The translations under genes were made by a program, and so were the position numbers. A stretch of DNA of 64,000 nucleotides from a virus: IMG/VR virus record IMGVR_UViG_3300025168_013179, positions 33,787-97,786 of that record. One strand, 5' to 3'. Of this stretch, positions 1 through 9,761 are shown in pieces. How positions within the stretch are numbered: the stretch's first letter is position 1; every line of letters starts with the position of its first letter. The notes beneath the pieces are model-generated. The model saw nothing but the letters and a program-made list of their open reading frames with translations. It was not told the origin of the DNA and searched no databases.

Positions 1-486
1 CATCTCAATAAATGGCTTATCAGTAAACTCCGGATGTTCTAAAGCTTTCCAACTATCATCCCACATCTTACAAATTGCAAAAGTAGCTAAGTACTTTGGA
101 GTTTTAACATTCTGATGTAAGTGATTAAGTGCTACAAATGCTTGCTTAGGAACTAACATATCTGTTTCACCCCAAACTAGTACATCTGCTTTTGTACAGT
201 ATGTACTATTAAACTCTCTTCTATAATCAGCTATGCTATAGAGAGATTCTTTTACACCCAATCTATTTGGAATACTGTTACAAATTTTTCTAATTTTTGT
301 TATAGCTTTATTAAAATCTGAATCTGAGGTAGGTTTCTCTAGTGTAGTATCGCTGATGATACAGATATCTATTAGTACTTCGCCATCGTAACTCTCAATA
401 GCATCTTTTAGAGAGTCTATGTAGTACTCTATGATGCTCGATTCATACCATTGTATTAATACCCCTATTGCAAATTTTGTTTTCAT
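1..486 (-). CDS. Partial (3'-truncated by window) putative glycosyltransferase
   Basis: Hand-translated MKTKFAIGVLIQWYE...VLVWGETDML; DxD-like motif; ATGA-coupled to upstream gene in the glycan cluster. Confidence 0.55.
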   Translation of the reverse strand, partial: MKTKFAIGVLIQWYESSIIEYYIDSLKDAIESYDGEVLIDICIISDTTLEKPTSDSDFNKAITKIRKICNSIPNRLGVKESLYSIADYRREFNSTYCTKADVLVWGETDMLVPKQAFVALNHLHQNVKTPKYLATFAICKMWDDSWKALEHPEFTDKPFIEM

Positions 487-2195
487 ACTTTACTAGCTAT
501 TTCCTCTGCTGCTGCTACACAGTTACCTATTTTACCGCTAAATAAAACTATAGTATCGTCTTTAAATTCAACTATTGTTGGTCTAGCATCTGTATCATCT
601 TTATTAGGTAGAACAGTTCTGACTGTGTACATAGATCCAACATGTATAGCTTTATCTATATCTGGGAAGAACCTCTTGGCAGACTCTATAAATCTTGGTA
701 CATTGGTTAGTTTAGGATCTTTTATAATACCTTTATTAATATAGTCTCTGTATGCAGGAGGAACAATGGCCTCTTCGCCTATGTTAGAACTATGGATAGC
801 GTGGACTACATTACCGCCTACATGAAACTTTGTAAAGCCATATGGATCAAAGCACATGAATGGTCCATCCATAACAACTATACTTTTATTTTTATACCTA
901 TTAGGGAGAATAAATAAAGGCTTTTCGCATAACTCATACTGATAGTTCTTCTTTACTTTATCAAAATCATTTAAAGAACTATAAGTAGATATAACTTTAT
1001 ATTTGTAATCTGAAAGTTCTTCTAACGTATTTACTTTAGAGTTAAGAAGTAAGTTAATATTACAAGCTTTAATTCTATCCATACATATCTTTCTTAAAGG
1101 ATCAGGAGCATATAAACTCTCACTGACTTTAACTGTAAGGTCACAGTTTGGCATAGGGTCCACTATTTCCCAATTTAAATTACATTCATCAAGAGTATGT
1201 AAATAATCTCTAGGAGTAGTCAAACTATCTTCTGACGCTATAGAGTAGTAATGTTCTACGTCATTTATTATAGCAGCGTTATAGTACTTTATAAAACTAC
1301 TTTCATTATCCTTACAGGACATAATAGTATCTTTACTTCTAGGGTAATGGTAACCTCTATGTACTCTGTATTGATTTATACCAGAAGTAGCTGAAAGAAT
1401 ATTATCTTGTTTCTCAAACAGATCAACATGGTATCCTTTATCAGCTAATTTAATTGCTGCTGTTGTTCCATATATTCCTGCTCCTATTACTGCAACTTTA
1501 CCGTACAGTAATGGTTTAAGCTTCTGTACTATTTTTGTAGCAAAGATAGTCCTATAGTAATTACCTGTAAAATCAGCTTCACTGGTAAGTACAGCTGTTA
1601 GCATAGTCTCTAAAGCATCTGTATTTGTTGTAGGTTCTATGTTATGAGTCTTCTTTTTATACCAATCGAAATTGTAATCAAAATGATATAATTCTTTTCC
1701 GAATTTCAAAGTAAATTCTTTTTCTAACTTTTCATTCTTGATTATATTAAGCTTAAACTTAGTACCTATACCAGCAGTATATATAAGATAAAAATGATGG
1801 TATGCTATCCTATCTAATATATTAGAGTAAGCATAGCCCCATTTTTTATAAGTAAATTTATTAGTATGTGTAATATGTTCATAATTAAGAACATCATCAA
1901 CATAGAATAAACAGCTATTATCATTAGCCAACTTATAAAGTTCTTCTACAGCCTCATAATTAAATGCAGCAGGCTTCTCACAAAAAACATTAGTACCTTT
2001 TGTAAGGAAATGCTTTGCTTGTTCATAATGAAACTCACTAGGGCTTGCTATAACTACCCATTCAGATTCATAGTTCCACCATTGGTCTTTTGAACCAAGT
2101 ACCCATTCTATTTCTACTCCTTCGATTAACTTTAACTTAGAAAGTATCTTAGAGCCGAATTTACCTTTACCTATCTGACCTACTCTAATGCTCAT
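483..2195 (-). CDS. Fusion of Gfo/Idh/MocA-type NAD oxidoreductase and FAD-dependent (DAO-like) oxidoreductase
   Basis: N-terminal GxGxxG and FCEKP motif; second Rossmann motif VIGAGIYG followed by HRGYHYPRS. Confidence 0.75.
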   Translation of the reverse strand: MSIRVGQIGKGKFGSKILSKLKLIEGVEIEWVLGSKDQWWNYESEWVVIASPSEFHYEQAKHFLTKGTNVFCEKPAAFNYEAVEELYKLANDNSCLFYVDDVLNYEHITHTNKFTYKKWGYAYSNILDRIAYHHFYLIYTAGIGTKFKLNIIKNEKLEKEFTLKFGKELYHFDYNFDWYKKKTHNIEPTTNTDALETMLTAVLTSEADFTGNYYRTIFATKIVQKLKPLLYGKVAVIGAGIYGTTAAIKLADKGYHVDLFEKQDNILSATSGINQYRVHRGYHYPRSKDTIMSCKDNESSFIKYYNAAIINDVEHYYSIASEDSLTTPRDYLHTLDECNLNWEIVDPMPNCDLTVKVSESLYAPDPLRKICMDRIKACNINLLLNSKVNTLEELSDYKYKVISTYSSLNDFDKVKKNYQYELCEKPLFILPNRYKNKSIVVMDGPFMCFDPYGFTKFHVGGNVVHAIHSSNIGEEAIVPPAYRDYINKGIIKDPKLTNVPRFIESAKRFFPDIDKAIHVGSMYTVRTVLPNKDDTDARPTIVEFKDDTIVLFSGKIGNCVAAAEEIASKV

Positions 2196-2931
2196 ATAAA
2201 TATTTGTATGTTTTTTCCATCCAATAAGGAACCGTTTCGTCTTTATTAGGAAGACCGTTAAAGTGCATCACATACCCTGCTTTAGTATGTTGCATCTCTT
2301 CGTTTAAACATTCTTTAGCAGCCATACAACTCATATTATAACTGTAAGGCAGCGCTTTTATTTCTACATTATGTTTCCTTAAAAGATAGTTAAGGGGAGT
2401 TTGATCTGTTCCTACACCGTATGTCTTTTGACACCAACTAATCATATCTGAATTCTCTGTATAGAACTCTCTCATAATTTTAAAGAAGTCTCTATGTTTA
2501 TTATTAACAACTTGAAAGCCGCTGTTAAAGTACTCGTACCAGTTAAAGATAGGTTGGTCAGTAAATAAATGTTTATTATAATTTTCCATAGACCTAATAA
2601 TCCAATCAAAGTTTCCATCATCATGAACCATAGTATACTTGTTATCTGTAAGGGTAAAGAAATCAGGTGCATCTGGATGAATTATTGTATCGGCATCTAC
2701 TATGCATATCTGATCAAACTTTAATTCATTAGAATCTAATATATCGAATAGATAATACCTCTGCCATATAACTCCCATATAGCTCATATCAGTAACCGGT
2801 TCTTCCATAGTAAGTATCTCATGGTCATACTTTTTACAGAAGTGCTTCCAGCTATCTATTGATATTTGGTATTCTTTTTTTGTCTTACCGTCTTTCTTTA
2901 TGTCTATTATAAAAACTAAATTTTTACTCAT
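2185..2931 (-). CDS. GT-A fold (GT8-like) glycosyltransferase
   Basis: VDADT, YFNSG, DQTPLN and HFNG motifs. Confidence 0.75.
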   Translation of the reverse strand: MSKNLVFIIDIKKDGKTKKEYQISIDSWKHFCKKYDHEILTMEEPVTDMSYMGVIWQRYYLFDILDSNELKFDQICIVDADTIIHPDAPDFFTLTDNKYTMVHDDGNFDWIIRSMENYNKHLFTDQPIFNWYEYFNSGFQVVNNKHRDFFKIMREFYTENSDMISWCQKTYGVGTDQTPLNYLLRKHNVEIKALPYSYNMSCMAAKECLNEEMQHTKAGYVMHFNGLPNKDETVPYWMEKTYKYLYEH

Positions 2932-3673
2932 AATGTCCTTTATATTGTTCCCAAACTTGCTTCATTATCTTTATCCTATCTTCAATACCAAATCCAGTAA
3001 AATGCCATATGTTAGCATACTTAATAAAGAACGGGGTCATATCTTCGTTCAATTGCCAGTTATGTTTAAACATATCTTTTTTATGAATTGAAAATAAATT
3101 CCATGTAGGAGGAATATGTTTTACCTTTATATTATGTTTAGTAAGCATAAAGTTTAATACCGTTTGCTCTTTTCCTACTCCTTCCTTAGAATCTAAACTT
3201 GTACTATTTGTTTCATAAAATTTTATTAAATCATCATAAAAGTCTTTATGTTTATAAGAAAAGAAACTTACACCTGCATTAATATAGTTTGAAATATCTA
3301 ATGATGTACCAGGAAAAAATTCTTTATAAACATTTATTGAATTAAGAATCCATCTTAAAGAGCTTCTATCTACTACTCCACAGTATTCATCATCATATAA
3401 ATCGAAAGGATTAGGTGCATCCCATTTGACCATTGTATCAGAATCGACATATATAATCTTATCATACTTATCACCTACTCTTTCAAAGATAGTATGTTTA
3501 TTCCAAACAGGATACTTATACCTAGCTTCATGAGTATCTATAACTAAAAAATCTATATCTTTTTTACCGCACCAAGCTTTCCAACTATTAATACAGTATT
3601 GGCTATAATCATTATTACGAAACTGAGATGTATTATGATCTATCGCTATGGTATAAATTAGATTTTTGCTCAT
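2924..3673 (-). CDS. GT8-like glycosyltransferase, paralog of the downstream gene
   Basis: VDSDT, YINAG, EQTVLN and HFTG motifs; likely start MSKNL at 3673. Confidence 0.75.
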   Translation of the reverse strand: MSKNLIYTIAIDHNTSQFRNNDYSQYCINSWKAWCGKKDIDFLVIDTHEARYKYPVWNKHTIFERVGDKYDKIIYVDSDTMVKWDAPNPFDLYDDEYCGVVDRSSLRWILNSINVYKEFFPGTSLDISNYINAGVSFFSYKHKDFYDDLIKFYETNSTSLDSKEGVGKEQTVLNFMLTKHNIKVKHIPPTWNLFSIHKKDMFKHNWQLNEDMTPFFIKYANIWHFTGFGIEDRIKIMKQVWEQYKGHYE

Positions 3674-4488
3674 ACTATAGCTCTTCCTTTCATTTGTTCC
3701 CAATCTCTTACTTCTCTTACTTCATCGTTTTTATCTCTAGTAGCTTTCATCATTATAGGATCTACTCCTGCTTCTTCTGCTACCTTAATTAAAGCATTGA
3801 GGTCTTTAGGAAGACAGTGCCCACCAAAACCACAGTACCCATCAGGTCCTTTTACTGCCCAATGGGAAGTTCCTAATCTATCATCGTGTAATGAATACTC
3901 TAATACTTTATCATAATCTAATTCTAATGCTTGTGCTAGTTGATACATTTCATTAGCAAAAGATACTTTATTAGCTAAGTAACAGTTAGTAATATACTTA
4001 ACCATTTCAGCATGTTTAGAGCCTGTCTTAACAAAGTGTATCTTTTTAAATGCTACTGAATATATTTCTTTTAATCTAGTAGTTGCAGGTCTAGGTCCCC
4101 CTAGTATAATTCTAGTTTGATTCTCAAAGTCTTCAACTGCATTTCTTTCAGTTAAGAATTCTGGGTTAAAAACTACGCTTAAATTACGAAACTTAACGTT
4201 TAGTTTTTCTGTAGTTCCAGGTGGTACAGTAGATTTTATTACAACAATCTTACACTTGCCATGTTTATTTAGATCTTCTATAGTTTTTTCGACTATACCT
4301 GTATAGCAAGAACCGTCTTTATCCATAGGAGTAGGAAGACAAACGAATACTATTTCAGCATCCATTACTTGTTCTTTTGTACTGTTACATTTACTTTCGT
4401 CTAAGTCGTATGTGTACACTTTAAAATATGTTTTGAACTTCTGGTATATAGCATTACCTACAAAACCTTGTCCTATAATTCCTATCAT
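3670..4488 (-). CDS. ugd: UDP-glucose/GDP-mannose dehydrogenase family (short form)
   Basis: GxGFVG, CLPTP, KSTVPPG, NPEFL and GFGGHCLPKD motifs. Confidence 0.85.
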   Translation of the reverse strand: MIGIIGQGFVGNAIYQKFKTYFKVYTYDLDESKCNSTKEQVMDAEIVFVCLPTPMDKDGSCYTGIVEKTIEDLNKHGKCKIVVIKSTVPPGTTEKLNVKFRNLSVVFNPEFLTERNAVEDFENQTRIILGGPRPATTRLKEIYSVAFKKIHFVKTGSKHAEMVKYITNCYLANKVSFANEMYQLAQALELDYDKVLEYSLHDDRLGTSHWAVKGPDGYCGFGGHCLPKDLNALIKVAEEAGVDPIMMKATRDKNDEVREVRDWEQMKGRAIV

Positions 4489-4503
4489 AACTTTTCTATA
4501 ATT

Positions 4504-5211
4504 TTAATTTGGTTTCTTGTTATTGTTCCTACTTTTTATATTATTCAAAAAAGTATTTAATTTATTAAGATTCATTCTAGTATCAGTAGGTACGTGAGTA
4601 GGAGGCTCTACAACTTTACTATCAGTAACTAGACTTGATAAGTACTTATTACCTGTTCCTACGTTATAGGTTCCTTCTGCACTATGTTTAATTAGTTTAA
4701 TGACCAATTCAGCTATTTTATTTACTCTGTCTCCAGATGTTTTTGTTTTCCATACTTCTGGGTGATTAAAATCATTAGGTTTATGTAGTAATCTACATAT
4801 AAGATACGAATTATTTCTCAATTTTACATACTCATCAGCTAATAATTTAGTTAGAGCATAATAACTATCGTGAGGAATAGCGTTATCTTTTTCAGTAGGA
4901 ATATTTCTATTGTTAGCATATACATACTCTGTAGATATTTGAACTAGTTTTTTATTTAAATCCCTGCAAGCTTCACTTAAATGAGCTACGAATAAATAAT
5001 TTACATCAAAATGCTCATCGTAATCATCAGTATAGGTATCTGTGTTAGCTATACAGTTAACTATAATGTCATAATCCTTTATGTAATGTTTTTTAATAAA
5101 GTCTATCCCCGTTACTGCAAACGTACCAGCTCTTCTTGATATACTATCCCAACCAGTTTGTTTCTTTAATTCAGACCCTAGAATTCCATCACCTAAGATT
5201 AAAACTTTCAT
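4504..5211 (-). CDS. RmlD-like NDP-4-keto-sugar reductase
   Basis: GDGILG, ISTEYVY and YxxxK (YALTK) motifs. Confidence 0.75.
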   Translation of the reverse strand: MKVLILGDGILGSELKKQTGWDSISRRAGTFAVTGIDFIKKHYIKDYDIIVNCIANTDTYTDDYDEHFDVNYLFVAHLSEACRDLNKKLVQISTEYVYANNRNIPTEKDNAIPHDSYYALTKLLADEYVKLRNNSYLICRLLHKPNDFNHPEVWKTKTSGDRVNKIAELVIKLIKHSAEGTYNVGTGNKYLSSLVTDSKVVEPPTHVPTDTRMNLNKLNTFLNNIKSRNNNKKPN

Positions 5212-6356
5212 TTATCGAAAAATTCTTTTACTTTACTACATACATAGTCTACATCGCTTATTGTCATACCGTGATGAGCTCCTAATAAAAATCCATTCTC
5301 CATAATAAGATCAGAATTTTCAAATGGCTGTAAGTACTCTCTATAAACTGGATGTCTAGTTACATTACCGGCAAAAGTTACTCTTGTTTGAATATTATTA
5401 GTTTCTAAAAAATGCAATAATTCAAATCTTTGTTCAGTTTGTAATGGTAAAGCTAACCAATTAGGTTTTATGGTATCATCAGGAAGTATAAGATCTCCTA
5501 CACCTTTCAAGTTACTTAGATATCTTTCTATATTAGCTCTCCTAATATCTTTAAAACCTTCAAATCTTTTTAATTGAACAATACCAAAAGCAGCATTCAT
5601 TTCACAAGCTTTCATATGATAACCTAAAACAGAATACAGAAATTTATGATCATAAGCTATTCCATCTACTTTATGGTTAAATCTATCAGACATAATTTCT
5701 GAATCGTCTCCTAATCTACCCCAGTCTCTGTACTGAAGACATTTAGTAACATGTTTTTTATCGTTAAACATAACCATTCCTCCGACTCCTCCTGCTGTAA
5801 TAACATGAGAAGCGTAAAAACTAGTAGTAGAAACATCAGTTTCTCTTGTTCTTGTAATAGTATCGGCAGAATCTTCTATTAAATAGATATCCTCTCTACC
5901 TATATCTTTTAAATCATTTTTAAGAGATTTCCATTGTGGTTTATTTCCTATAAGATTTGGCAACATAAGTGCTTTAACATCATCTGTAATAGCATCTAAA
6001 ATCTGTCCTCCATCAGCAACGTAATCATTTAATCCTACATCAACAAATACGGGTATAAATCCTAACTGTATAATTGGAGCTAAAGTAGTAGCAAACGTAC
6101 ATGCTGGGGTAATAATTTTACTACCTTTAGGTAGATCTAATGCCGCAATAGCAAGTAAGCATGCTGATGATCCTGAGTTAACAAATACTCCATACTTCTT
6201 TCCAAATTTATTGGCTATTTTTCTTTCAAACTCTTGGCTTTTTTCACCTTGGCCTCCTAGCCATCCGCTTCGTAAAGATTCTTCTACTGCTTTAATTTCT
6301 TCTTCTCCGTAAGATTCGAACTTGTAAGGGGCATACCATATTTTTCTTCTTTTCAT
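5208..6356 (-). CDS. DegT/DnrJ family PLP enzyme, RfbH/ColD-type NDP-sugar 3-dehydrase
   Basis: NSGSSA, IEDSAD; SFYASHVITAG has His at the Schiff-base Lys position. Confidence 0.8.
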   Translation of the reverse strand: MKRRKIWYAPYKFESYGEEEIKAVEESLRSGWLGGQGEKSQEFERKIANKFGKKYGVFVNSGSSACLLAIAALDLPKGSKIITPACTFATTLAPIIQLGFIPVFVDVGLNDYVADGGQILDAITDDVKALMLPNLIGNKPQWKSLKNDLKDIGREDIYLIEDSADTITRTRETDVSTTSFYASHVITAGGVGGMVMFNDKKHVTKCLQYRDWGRLGDDSEIMSDRFNHKVDGIAYDHKFLYSVLGYHMKACEMNAAFGIVQLKRFEGFKDIRRANIERYLSNLKGVGDLILPDDTIKPNWLALPLQTEQRFELLHFLETNNIQTRVTFAGNVTRHPVYREYLQPFENSDLIMENGFLLGAHHGMTISDVDYVCSKVKEFFDK

Positions 6357-6376
6357 ATTATTAATATAAGATTATT

Positions 6377-7348
6377 TTAGTAATTAGACAACTTTTTTAT
6401 TATACTCTGATTAGGATCAGTCCATAGCTCATGATCTCTAATATGTTTAGGGTGAGGTAATTTACTGAAGAATTTTACCCAGCCATGAGATAAATCTCTT
6501 TTACCTTCTCTTACACATAGTTCATCATACTCATATTGGTCACATTTATCCATTTCTTTCTTAAAAAATTCCCAGTAACCTGGAGGGCGAGCTAATTGAT
6601 CACATCTAAGATCTCTGTACTTTCCTGGTCTAATCCATGCATAGTGGTAAGTAATTAGGTCGGTAGGAAAAAGCATTCCATAGCCTCCATCTGCATTATG
6701 GTAATCTGTAGTCATAAAGTTTTTAAGCATATCTTTATACTTTACTCCTCCTTTATCATATCTAAAACAAATACGTCTGGATTGATAATTACCTTCATGG
6801 TTATATTTTTTATCTTTTAAGTATATCTTTAGTCTACTCTTTTCGGCATACCAGAAATTTTGCATATAATCTATCCAAATAGATCTAAATCCTTGACCAG
6901 GTTCTAACTGATCGCAGTATCCTTGTATTTCTTTAGCTGTATTTTCATGATGAAATATATCTCCTTCGTAAGGAAAGACGAAATCTCCTTCTTTAATATC
7001 AATATTTAATTCTTTGAAGTTATTTGTAGCTTTAATATAGCACTCAGTAGAATTATCACAATCTGAGTAATCCATTTTGTTAAGGATAATATTAGTATTA
7101 GGATAAATTTTTTGATATTTTTCGATAGTCTTTTCTAACTCTAAGTAATCAAATGCTCTTATTCCTTTACCGTCAAGAGTGTACTTATCTCTCCATACTT
7201 GATCTATGTTCTTATTACCCTCTGTGCCATTAGGAAACATACCTTCGTTGTACACAAGATAGTCTGGATTAACAGTATCTATTATGTTAGGTATTTGATG
7301 TTTAATCAAATGATGTTCTCCAAATGTAGGTACAAAAACTACTTTCAT
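6377..7348 (-). CDS. Hypothetical protein, possible glycosyltransferase
   Basis: ORF in glycan cluster; EGD and HYAW motifs. Confidence 0.4.
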   Translation of the reverse strand: MKVVFVPTFGEHHLIKHQIPNIIDTVNPDYLVYNEGMFPNGTEGNKNIDQVWRDKYTLDGKGIRAFDYLELEKTIEKYQKIYPNTNIILNKMDYSDCDNSTECYIKATNNFKELNIDIKEGDFVFPYEGDIFHHENTAKEIQGYCDQLEPGQGFRSIWIDYMQNFWYAEKSRLKIYLKDKKYNHEGNYQSRRICFRYDKGGVKYKDMLKNFMTTDYHNADGGYGMLFPTDLITYHYAWIRPGKYRDLRCDQLARPPGYWEFFKKEMDKCDQYEYDELCVREGKRDLSHGWVKFFSKLPHPKHIRDHELWTDPNQSIIKKLSNY

Positions 7349-8052
7349 ACTTTCTTATAAATTGTTTTATGCTTATCAGATAATATATTGTTAGGCTTTT
7401 CTTTTGAATAGTAATAAAGTGCTATTGATTTTCTATATACTCCTTCAGGTGTTTCTAAAGGTATCGGGTGACCGTGGTAAGCGATAGTATCTCCATCAGG
7501 TTGAGTATTAAAGATAACTATTCTATTGAAAGATGGATAAACTGATTTAACAGCATGAGTAAGTTCTGTGTCCCATAGTTCTAACTGCCCATTATATTCT
7601 TCTTTCCATTCTTTGCTAAGGTAAATAATTATATTTAATCTTCTATGAAGGTCAGGCATTTGGTCTGATATATTAAAATCAGCATGTACATTTAAAAAAC
7701 CTCCTTTAACTATTTGGTGTAACCCTCCGCCAGCTAATTCATTATCTCCTATAAGATTAGGTATACCAGTTAAGTCAGATACTTGAGATAAAAATTCATC
7801 AGAGTTAAGATACTTTATAAACTTATCTATAGTTGGTAAATTCTTTTTTATAACTTCAGAATCTTGACACATAAGTTTTTTACTATTTTCATCATTAGAT
7901 TTCCAATTAAATAAAGGAGAATCTTGAGAAGGAAATTCTTGATAAACTTTTTCTAACATATCTTCATCAAAGAAGTTATCTAAACTAATATGTTCGAATG
8001 GTTCGTTACTCTTAAACTGAGAGTTAAGTTCTTTTAAGTTATAGTTGATCAT
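7345..8052 (-). CDS. 2OG-Fe(II) oxygenase
   Basis: HAD...GQLELW...HGHP...RKS pattern. Confidence 0.85.
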   Translation of the reverse strand: MINYNLKELNSQFKSNEPFEHISLDNFFDEDMLEKVYQEFPSQDSPLFNWKSNDENSKKLMCQDSEVIKKNLPTIDKFIKYLNSDEFLSQVSDLTGIPNLIGDNELAGGGLHQIVKGGFLNVHADFNISDQMPDLHRRLNIIIYLSKEWKEEYNGQLELWDTELTHAVKSVYPSFNRIVIFNTQPDGDTIAYHGHPIPLETPEGVYRKSIALYYYSKEKPNNILSDKHKTIYKKV

Positions 8053-8680
8053 TTTTTAATTGGTTTACTACTTGGTTTACATCAGCAATTAATTTTCCTT
8101 CATCAAATGTTCTTTTTTCCCCTATGTAATTATAACCTCCTTGTAAATTAATTTCATTAAATAATTCTTTTATTTTTTTAAGAACTACTTTTACTACATT
8201 TACTTGATGGTATGCTTCTGTATTCTTATTTTGTTTGAATTTAAAATTATATTCTTTTATTCTTTCTGTAGCCAACCTGTCCATATAGGCACTGAAAGAA
8301 TCTATATTGGTAACTCTTTTATTAGATTCTCCTTCAGGGATACCGGCTATTTGTTCAAGTAACTTATCTATTTCATTTTTCATCTTGCCTCTGCTCTCAT
8401 TAGCCTGTCTTAATCTAGCTTCGTTAATCATAAACTTTTTAAGTGATGGTTCTCCTTCAGTTTTAGTATAGTAAGCATCTCCTACATCTAAGTCGTTTAT
8501 AACTAGAGTTTCTATACATTCAATTAATTTTAATACAGTGTCATGTTTACCGTACATACCGCTGATGGCTTTTATTATTTCTTCTCTGCCAGAAACTTCA
8601 CAGACTCCTTTACCGTTCTTATTATAATTGGCTACTATACTTACTATGTAGGTATCTAAATTATTAGTTAAATTTATCAT
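8039..8680 (-). CDS. Hypothetical protein (DUF4254-like)
   Basis: DSFSAYMDRLATERIK resembles the DUF4254 signature. Confidence 0.4.
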   Translation of the reverse strand: MINLTNNLDTYIVSIVANYNKNGKGVCEVSGREEIIKAISGMYGKHDTVLKLIECIETLVINDLDVGDAYYTKTEGEPSLKKFMINEARLRQANESRGKMKNEIDKLLEQIAGIPEGESNKRVTNIDSFSAYMDRLATERIKEYNFKFKQNKNTEAYHQVNVVKVVLKKIKELFNEINLQGGYNYIGEKRTFDEGKLIADVNQVVNQLKNDQL

Positions 8681-9303
8681 GTTAATGTATCGTAATAGTT
8701 ATTTTGATGCTCTTGTCTTTCTATAGTTTTATGATGATATAAGGAATAATGTTCTTGAGCAGGTAAAGCTGCATAAGTCGAATAACCTTCTAATTTTTCA
8801 TGAACTTTATTAACCCATTTAATTTCTTCTTTATTTTTCCATATACGCCATTGATAATCTGGATAATTAACCCATCCTGTATCGTTAACCGCCCATCTCC
8901 ATTTTGCTATATGTTCTTTAGTCAAGCCTTTTACTGTATTTACTCTGGGAACTAAATATACTTCATTATTAGGGTTACCTTTTAAAATTGTAGGAAGATT
9001 TTTTATAAGAGCCTCGTTAGGGATCTCATCAGCATCTATCTGAAATATATAATCACCAGAGCATAAACTTGTAAGTTTATTTTTCCAATCAGCAAAGTGA
9101 TGAGCAAACTCACCAGCATGCCAAGCATATTCAGAGTTAACTGATTTAGCTCTAAGGTACTCTTCTACTCCTTTGCTACCGTTTTTACTATCAAATAGAA
9201 TAACTATTTCATCGTCCAATCTTTTATTGTCTAAAAGAAAAGTTACTAATGTTTGAATTTCAGTAGCTTCGTTACATACTGTAATAGCATAACTTATTTT
9301 CAT
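8677..9303 (-). CDS. Glycosyltransferase family 2
   Basis: ISYAITVCNE, IDADE and VHE motifs. Confidence 0.85.
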   Translation of the reverse strand: MKISYAITVCNEATEIQTLVTFLLDNKRLDDEIVILFDSKNGSKGVEEYLRAKSVNSEYAWHAGEFAHHFADWKNKLTSLCSGDYIFQIDADEIPNEALIKNLPTILKGNPNNEVYLVPRVNTVKGLTKEHIAKWRWAVNDTGWVNYPDYQWRIWKNKEEIKWVNKVHEKLEGYSTYAALPAQEHYSLYHHKTIERQEHQNNYYDTLT

Positions 9304-9761
9304 TGCTTATAGAAATCTATATATTCCAATGCTGTCATAAAATCATTTTGAGGATATTTCTTTAAATTTGCCATATCCATTTTATGAGTTTGATCTTTAG
9401 GAAACTGCTTAATTTTTCTATCATCTTCTGTAATAGGAACTGCTTTAACAGCAGACCAACCCCATTCTTCTTTATTGCTACCATCCAAAAATACCATACC
9501 TTTTTCTGGTATGCTAATTGTAGCTGGTGCCCATACTCTTTTATCTTTATCGGTATGAAGTAGGTCTTTATATAACTCAGGAGAGGTTGCTAATAAATCA
9601 TTTACTACTTTAGAACCTTCTGTCATAAGGGTCGATGTAGTAAACCCACTACCAAAACATAACCATGTTTTTATTTGGTTACCTTCTTGTTCAAATGATT
9701 GTTCATAACAAGCATTACTACCGAAAGGACCTTCTACTAATTGATCTTTATTTAATTTCAT
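9300..9761 (-). CDS. Hypothetical protein
   Basis: Translationally coupled ORF. Confidence 0.6.
   Translation of the reverse strand: MKLNKDQLVEGPFGSNACYEQSFEQEGNQIKTWLCFGSGFTTSTLMTEGSKVVNDLLATSPELYKDLLHTDKDKRVWAPATISIPEKGMVFLDGSNKEEWGWSAVKAVPITEDDRKIKQFPKDQTHKMDMANLKKYPQNDFMTALEYIDFYKQ

Noticed and set aside
2472-2672. Nested +1 ORFs at 2472-2672 and 22214-22405
   Set aside because: Short, with no GC or codon anomaly; hydrophobicity is expected for +1 frames of AT3-rich genes
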